Source: an uncultured Methanobrevibacter sp.
GTDB lineage: Archaea; Methanobacteriota; Methanobacteria; Methanobacteriales; Methanobacteriaceae
Reading direction: 5' to 3'
NCBI RefSeq assembly: GCF_902788255.1
Contig: NZ_CADAJR010000002.1
Coordinates: forward strand, 54,962-86,961
Length of the DNA stretch: 32,000 nt
The notes under the pieces were generated by a model that was given only the letters and a program-made list of their open reading frames with translations, searched no databases and was not told where the DNA came from. This document shows positions 27,893 through 32,000 of the stretch, one piece after another (position 1 is the first letter of the stretch; every line of letters begins with the position of its first letter). Both the position numbers and the translations under genes were made by a program.

Positions 27893-30763
27893 TTATTCCA
27901 TGAAAATTGCAGGTTTGTAAGGCATTGCGTTTTTAGCCTTGTTTTGTGGGTCATATGAGTCATCGGTGTGAATAACTACTTCGTTTCCGCATTCTTCCTT
28001 GATGTAGTCAAGTGCATCGGTTAGGATTTCTGCCTCGTTGATTTTGCCGATGTAGCGTGTTTTGGTAATCTCCTTACCGATTTTTTTAGCAACCATTGCA
28101 ATTTCCTTTTTGTCGTCATAGATTTTGGCGCCGATTGCTCTTCCCATAATCTGACCGATATCAGGTTTTCCAACCTCATCAGCTATTTTGTAAAGGTCCC
28201 ATTTCCAGTCAGGGGCAAGATAGATATGGATTTTTTCCACATCGTCCTTTACCATCTGCTTGATGTGTGCAATGTCCTTGATGATGTTTTCCACAAGGCC
28301 CTCTGATTTTTCAATGACCGGACTGATTAGTGACTCGTCAGCTTCAGGCCATGCTGCCTGGCTTACAAAGCCCTCTCCACCATATGCGCTCCATAACTCT
28401 TCTGAGGTGTGAGGTGTGAACGGTGCTAAAAGCTTGATCCAGCTTTCAAGAACAGTTGACAGCACATAGATTACTGCAGGGTCCTTATCGTCAATTATGT
28501 GTTTTACACGGTAGATGTAGTGGTCAACATCCTTTTTAAGAAGGAATAGTGAATCCTGCAGTGCCTGTCTTGTCTGGAATACTTCAAGGGCTTCGGTTGC
28601 ATTCTTGATATGCTGGTTGAGCTGGCTCATCATCCATAGGTCGATTGTACGTGTCAGTTCAACAGGTTCAATATTGCTTAGGTCAAGTGGTGAGCCTTTG
28701 ATTTCTTCGACTCTTGCTGCAAATTCCCTGAACCATTCAAGTCTTCTTTTGGTTCCAAGAACCTCTTTTTCCCTCCAGTCGAAGTCCTGCCATGGTTCGG
28801 CTGAAGCCATCAGGAACAGCCTTACAACGTCAGCTGTATAGTCTTTGATAGCGTCTTTCAATAGGATAACGTTACCTTTGGAGGAGGACATCTTGTTTCC
28901 TTCCAAAAGACCCATTCCGAATACGACAGTTCCCCTTGGCCATTTGTCCTTAGGATAAATCGCACTGTGGTGGAACATTAAAAAGCTCAGGTGGTTTCCG
29001 ACAAGGTCCTTTGCGGACAGTCTCCAGTCAAGAGGGTACCAGTAGTTGAATTCATCCTGGATCTCTTTGACTTTGTCTGCAGGCACAGTGATTTCACCTG
29101 AATCCTTGTTTAAGAGCACCTTGTCAAAGAATGCGCGGTTCAAATCATCAGGGTTCATGTCGCGAAGGTATTTTGCTATTGAATAGTAGGACATGTAGAT
29201 TGTTGAATCGGTTAAAGGTTCAATCAGCCATTGGTCATCCCATGGGAGTCTTGTTCCAAGTCCTACCTTTCTTGAGCATGCCCAGTCGTCAAGCCAGTTA
29301 AGGTAGTATTCGAAATTGTTCTTGATTTCCTTTGGAATGACTGTTTCGCCTTCAAGAACCTCAAGGGTCTTTTCGGTCCACTCTTCATTGCCGTATTTCA
29401 TGAACCACTGGTCATCCATGATTTTGACGACACAGTTGTTTCCGCATCTGCACACAACAGGCCTTTCGGCAAAGTCATACATTACGGTTGCGATATTGTC
29501 ATTGATCAGCTTTTCCTTGAGCTCTTCACGTGCAAAACGAACTTTCATGCCTCCAAATTCAGGTATTGAATCGATGATTTTACCCTTACTGTGCTGCTGT
29601 TTGTACAGTTCGTTTGTGGCCTCATGCAGTTTTTCATCGTTTTGGTCTGTAATTCCTAACCTTTCGATGATGTCTGCGGCTGGAATTTCGCCGTATCCCT
29701 TGAGTGTGCATACTGGAATAGGTTCCACATTTTCAATGATTCCTTCCAGATTGTATTTTGCAATCATCTCATCATTGTTTTTCAAGTCCTGTAGTGCAAT
29801 GTAGTCTGCAGGTGCATCTGCAGGTTCTGAGAAAACGACTCCACTACCGTATGATGCGCTGACAAAGCTTGCAGGGAAAATCGGTAATTCTGCACCGGTA
29901 AACGGATTTGTTGCCATTTTTCCAATCAAGTCATTAGGGTCAATTTCCTCAATGATTTTCAAATCCTTGATTTGGTGCTGCAGGTTGTAGTGAGCTTCTT
30001 TTGTGATTACCCAGTTTTCACCTTCCGCATCCACCAGAACATATTCCACATCAGGGTTCAGCCAGATGTTTGTTGCTCCGACGATGGTTTCAGGCCTTAG
30101 GGTTGCAGTCACGAGAACCTTATCGTCAATAGTGAATTTTAAAAGGGTCAACTCGTTTACTCCAATACCTTCACCTTCAAGAAGGTCGTGGTCTCCAACG
30201 GGGTTGTCACAGTTCGGACAGTATTTTACAGGGTGTTCTCCTTTCTGGACAAGTCCCTTTTCGTACAATGTGGTTATCTGCCATTCTATGAACTTCTTAT
30301 AGGTTGGGTCGATTGTTCTGAATTCCCTTCTCCAATCAATGGAGTAACCCATCTCCTCCATAACCTCGTGGTATTCTGTGGAGAAGTATTTCACGATGAA
30401 TTCCGGATCTTCAAGTTTCGGTAGGGTTTCCTTTGGAACGCCGTGTACTCTGTGGTACAAATCAAGGGTCCAAGGGTCTTTTCTCTGGATCCTGTCTGCA
30501 ATACCGATAACTGGTGCTCCGGTCACGTGCCATGCCATAGGGAAGAGCACGTTGTATCCTTCCATCCTTTTGAATCTTGCGTATACGTCAGGTACGGTAT
30601 ATGTACGTCCGTGTCCGATATGCATAGCTCCACTTGGGTATGGGAAAGCCACGGTTAGGAATAGTTTTTCTCGCTCATCTGGGTTTGATTCAAATAGTTT
30701 TGCATCAGCCCATTTTTTCTGCCATTTCTTTTCAATATTTTCGCTCACTAAATCACCATTCAT
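27893..30763 (-). CDS. leuS: Leucine--tRNA ligase (archaeal type)
   Basis: 956 aa with the HIGH motif ([10 protein letters not shown]), the KMSKS variant KMSSSKGN, a CP1 editing insertion, and an archaeal-type C-terminal domain. Confidence 0.95.
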   Translation of the reverse strand: MNGDLVSENIEKKWQKKWADAKLFESNPDEREKLFLTVAFPYPSGAMHIGHGRTYTVPDVYARFKRMEGYNVLFPMAWHVTGAPVIGIADRIQRKDPWTLDLYHRVHGVPKETLPKLEDPEFIVKYFSTEYHEVMEEMGYSIDWRREFRTIDPTYKKFIEWQITTLYEKGLVQKGEHPVKYCPNCDNPVGDHDLLEGEGIGVNELTLLKFTIDDKVLVTATLRPETIVGATNIWLNPDVEYVLVDAEGENWVITKEAHYNLQHQIKDLKIIEEIDPNDLIGKMATNPFTGAELPIFPASFVSASYGSGVVFSEPADAPADYIALQDLKNNDEMIAKYNLEGIIENVEPIPVCTLKGYGEIPAADIIERLGITDQNDEKLHEATNELYKQQHSKGKIIDSIPEFGGMKVRFAREELKEKLINDNIATVMYDFAERPVVCRCGNNCVVKIMDDQWFMKYGNEEWTEKTLEVLEGETVIPKEIKNNFEYYLNWLDDWACSRKVGLGTRLPWDDQWLIEPLTDSTIYMSYYSIAKYLRDMNPDDLNRAFFDKVLLNKDSGEITVPADKVKEIQDEFNYWYPLDWRLSAKDLVGNHLSFLMFHHSAIYPKDKWPRGTVVFGMGLLEGNKMSSSKGNVILLKDAIKDYTADVVRLFLMASAEPWQDFDWREKEVLGTKRRLEWFREFAARVEEIKGSPLDLSNIEPVELTRTIDLWMMSQLNQHIKNATEALEVFQTRQALQDSLFLLKKDVDHYIYRVKHIIDDKDPAVIYVLSTVLESWIKLLAPFTPHTSEELWSAYGGEGFVSQAAWPEADESLISPVIEKSEGLVENIIKDIAHIKQMVKDDVEKIHIYLAPDWKWDLYKIADEVGKPDIGQIMGRAIGAKIYDDKKEIAMVAKKIGKEITKTRYIGKINEAEILTDALDYIKEECGNEVVIHTDDSYDPQNKAKNAMPYKPAIFME

Positions 30764-31479
30764 AAGATTGTTTTTTGAGGGCTTTCAGGAACTTCGCTTT
30801 TGTGCCTGCTCCTGATAACTTTTGTAATGATCATATCAACGTCATCTTCTGAAATGCCTAATTTTGCACTGATTTCGGCATTTCCATTGTTTTTTTCAGT
30901 GTATAAATAAAGGATTCGGTCAAGTGTATCATAGTCCATTCCGATTTCATCCTCGTCGGTCTGGTTGTTCCACAGTCCTGCCCTTGGAGGCTTGTCAATG
31001 ATTTCGGCTGGAACTTCCATGTGTCTGGCCAATTCATACACGTCAGTTTTATATAAGTCTCCTATCGGTTCTATATCACAGGCTCCGTCTCCATGTTTGG
31101 TAAAGTAACCGATAAGAATTTCGCTTTTGTTACCTGTACCGCTGACAAGGTAATTCTTTGCGTTTGCATAATAATAAATGATTGACATTCTGATTCTTGC
31201 CTTGAGATTTCCCACTGCTAGGGTGTTTTCATCAAGATCTGTCACGGACAGATATTCCTTTAGAATGCTGTCGATTGATATTTGCGTATAGTTTATTCCC
31301 AATCTTTTTGCAATTTCGATTCCATGGATATTGTCCTCTGTTGGTGTGGTAACGGACGGCATAACAATTCCAAATACATTATCACTGCCCAATGCTTCAC
31401 ATGCCAGATATGCGGCTAGTGTTGAGTCAATTCCTCCACTCAAACCAACAACGATTCCGCTGCTTTTGGCTTCGGCCAC
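30760..31479 (-). CDS. nadE: Ammonia-dependent NAD+ synthetase (NadE); N-terminal boundary uncertain
   Basis: PP-loop GLSGGIDS and the typical NadE body. ATGA overlap with the leuS start. GTG 31479 is the first canonical start, but NadE-like sequence continues in frame upstream to the stop at 31564-31566 (see findings). Confidence 0.85.
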   Translation of the reverse strand: MAEAKSSGIVVGLSGGIDSTLAAYLACEALGSDNVFGIVMPSVTTPTEDNIHGIEIAKRLGINYTQISIDSILKEYLSVTDLDENTLAVGNLKARIRMSIIYYYANAKNYLVSGTGNKSEILIGYFTKHGDGACDIEPIGDLYKTDVYELARHMEVPAEIIDKPPRAGLWNNQTDEDEIGMDYDTLDRILYLYTEKNNGNAEISAKLGISEDDVDMIITKVIRSRHKSEVPESPQKTIL

Positions 31480-31617
31480 TTTTGTTTGAATAAAGTTTAT
31501 GATATCGTTTTTTGTAGTTTCAACATCTAATTTTGGAATGTTACTGATATTCTCACCAACCTTTTAAACCATTTATACAGTAAACAATATGTATTTTTTA
31601 TAATATAATAGTATAGT

Positions 31618-32000
31618 ATGAGCGATGTGGAAATTATATGTGAAAAATCATTCAGTGAAATTGACAGTGAAATTATCAACAGGTTCGTTGAATTCCAGCA
31701 GGCAATAATTGACAAGGATGAGGACAAGCTTGATGAAATGTTGTCGGATGATTATGTTTTGGTTCATATGTCCGGAAAAAGGCAGTCCAAAAGGGAGTTC
31801 ATCGATGAGGTGTTGGATGGCACATTGAATTATTACAAATCAGAAATTCAGGACCCCACAATTCTTCATGATGATGAAAACAATGCGTCACTGGTGGGGG
31901 ATGTTACTCTCACCGCCAAAGTCTATGGTATAAACGGCAAATGGACATTGGATACTGTAATCAATTTTAGAAAAATAGATGGCGTCTGGATAATTGGTGA
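31618..32000 (+). CDS. NTF2-like / SnoaL-like (DUF4440-type) protein, 3' end cut by the window edge
   Basis: The frame is open from ATG 31618 to the window end (127 codons; not in the track because no stop is reached). The sequence MSDVEIICEKSFSEIDSEIINRFVEFQQAIIDKDEDKLDEMLSDDYVLVHMSGKRQSKREFIDEVLDGTLNYY fits the NTF2-fold DUF4440 pattern. A TATA-like T/A stretch lies immediately upstream. Confidence 0.5.
   Translation, partial: MSDVEIICEKSFSEIDSEIINRFVEFQQAIIDKDEDKLDEMLSDDYVLVHMSGKRQSKREFIDEVLDGTLNYYKSEIQDPTILHDDENNASLVGDVTLTAKVYGINGKWTLDTVINFRKIDGVWIIG

Noticed and set aside
28605-30815. Several plus-strand ORFs (for example 29316..29804 and 30378..30815) opposite leuS/nadE
   Set aside because: They are antisense artefacts of the long leuS ORF, with Ser/Phe/Leu-rich translations and no start-site signals.
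31527-31727. Minus-strand 66-aa ORF across the nadE/NTF2-like spacer
   Set aside because: It spans the divergent promoter region and overlaps the better-supported plus-strand NTF2-like gene. It has low-complexity Ser/Ile/Leu composition and no SD.

Overview
The window is an AT-rich archaeal chromosome segment, most likely from a pseudomurein-walled methanogen of the order Methanobacteriales (Methanobrevibacter-like). The order is inferred from gene content; the genus is a guess. Supporting genes are F420-dependent methylene-H4MPT dehydrogenase (mtd), two tandem Mur-ligase-family genes, a Kae1-Bud32 fusion, Hef, RFC small and large subunits and an archaeal-type LeuRS. I can support about 27 protein genes and one tRNA-Val(UAC). 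The genes are hisB (5' partial), mtd, ilvE, uppP, a cobT-like gene, kae1-bud32, a HAM1/ITPase gene, rps15, a recJ-like gene, the AcnX/DUF521 large subunit, two Mur ligases and hef. They continue with a TIM-barrel isomerase, a PIN-ATPase-KH gene, hisI, hisS, aroE, rfcL, rfcS, htpX, trmI, leuS, nadE and a 3'-partial NTF2-like gene. Packing is tight, with many 4-8 nt start/stop overlaps. I see no transposases, integrases, CRISPR arrays, cas genes, defence islands or compositional islands, so this is core housekeeping DNA and I cannot claim a clear novel multi-gene system. The unexplained material sits in two long spacers. Spacer 7005-7633 holds a 19-bp phased repeat array and two unannotated small hydrophobic ORFs. 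Spacer 21003-21750 holds a ~310-nt unit with two overlapping mini-ORFs behind near-perfect Shine-Dalgarno sites and 5'/3' end complementarity, followed by a long interrupted hairpin with a T-run. Other points of interest are two uncharacterised ORFs (165 aa coupled to cobT; 229 aa resembling a PP-loop ATPase with a destroyed SGGxDS motif). There is also a canonical EF-hand loop inside HtpX, a Cys cluster in one Mur ligase, and a nadE whose conserved N-terminus lies upstream of any canonical start codon. All family assignments come from motif recognition by eye; no database search or folding computation was possible.
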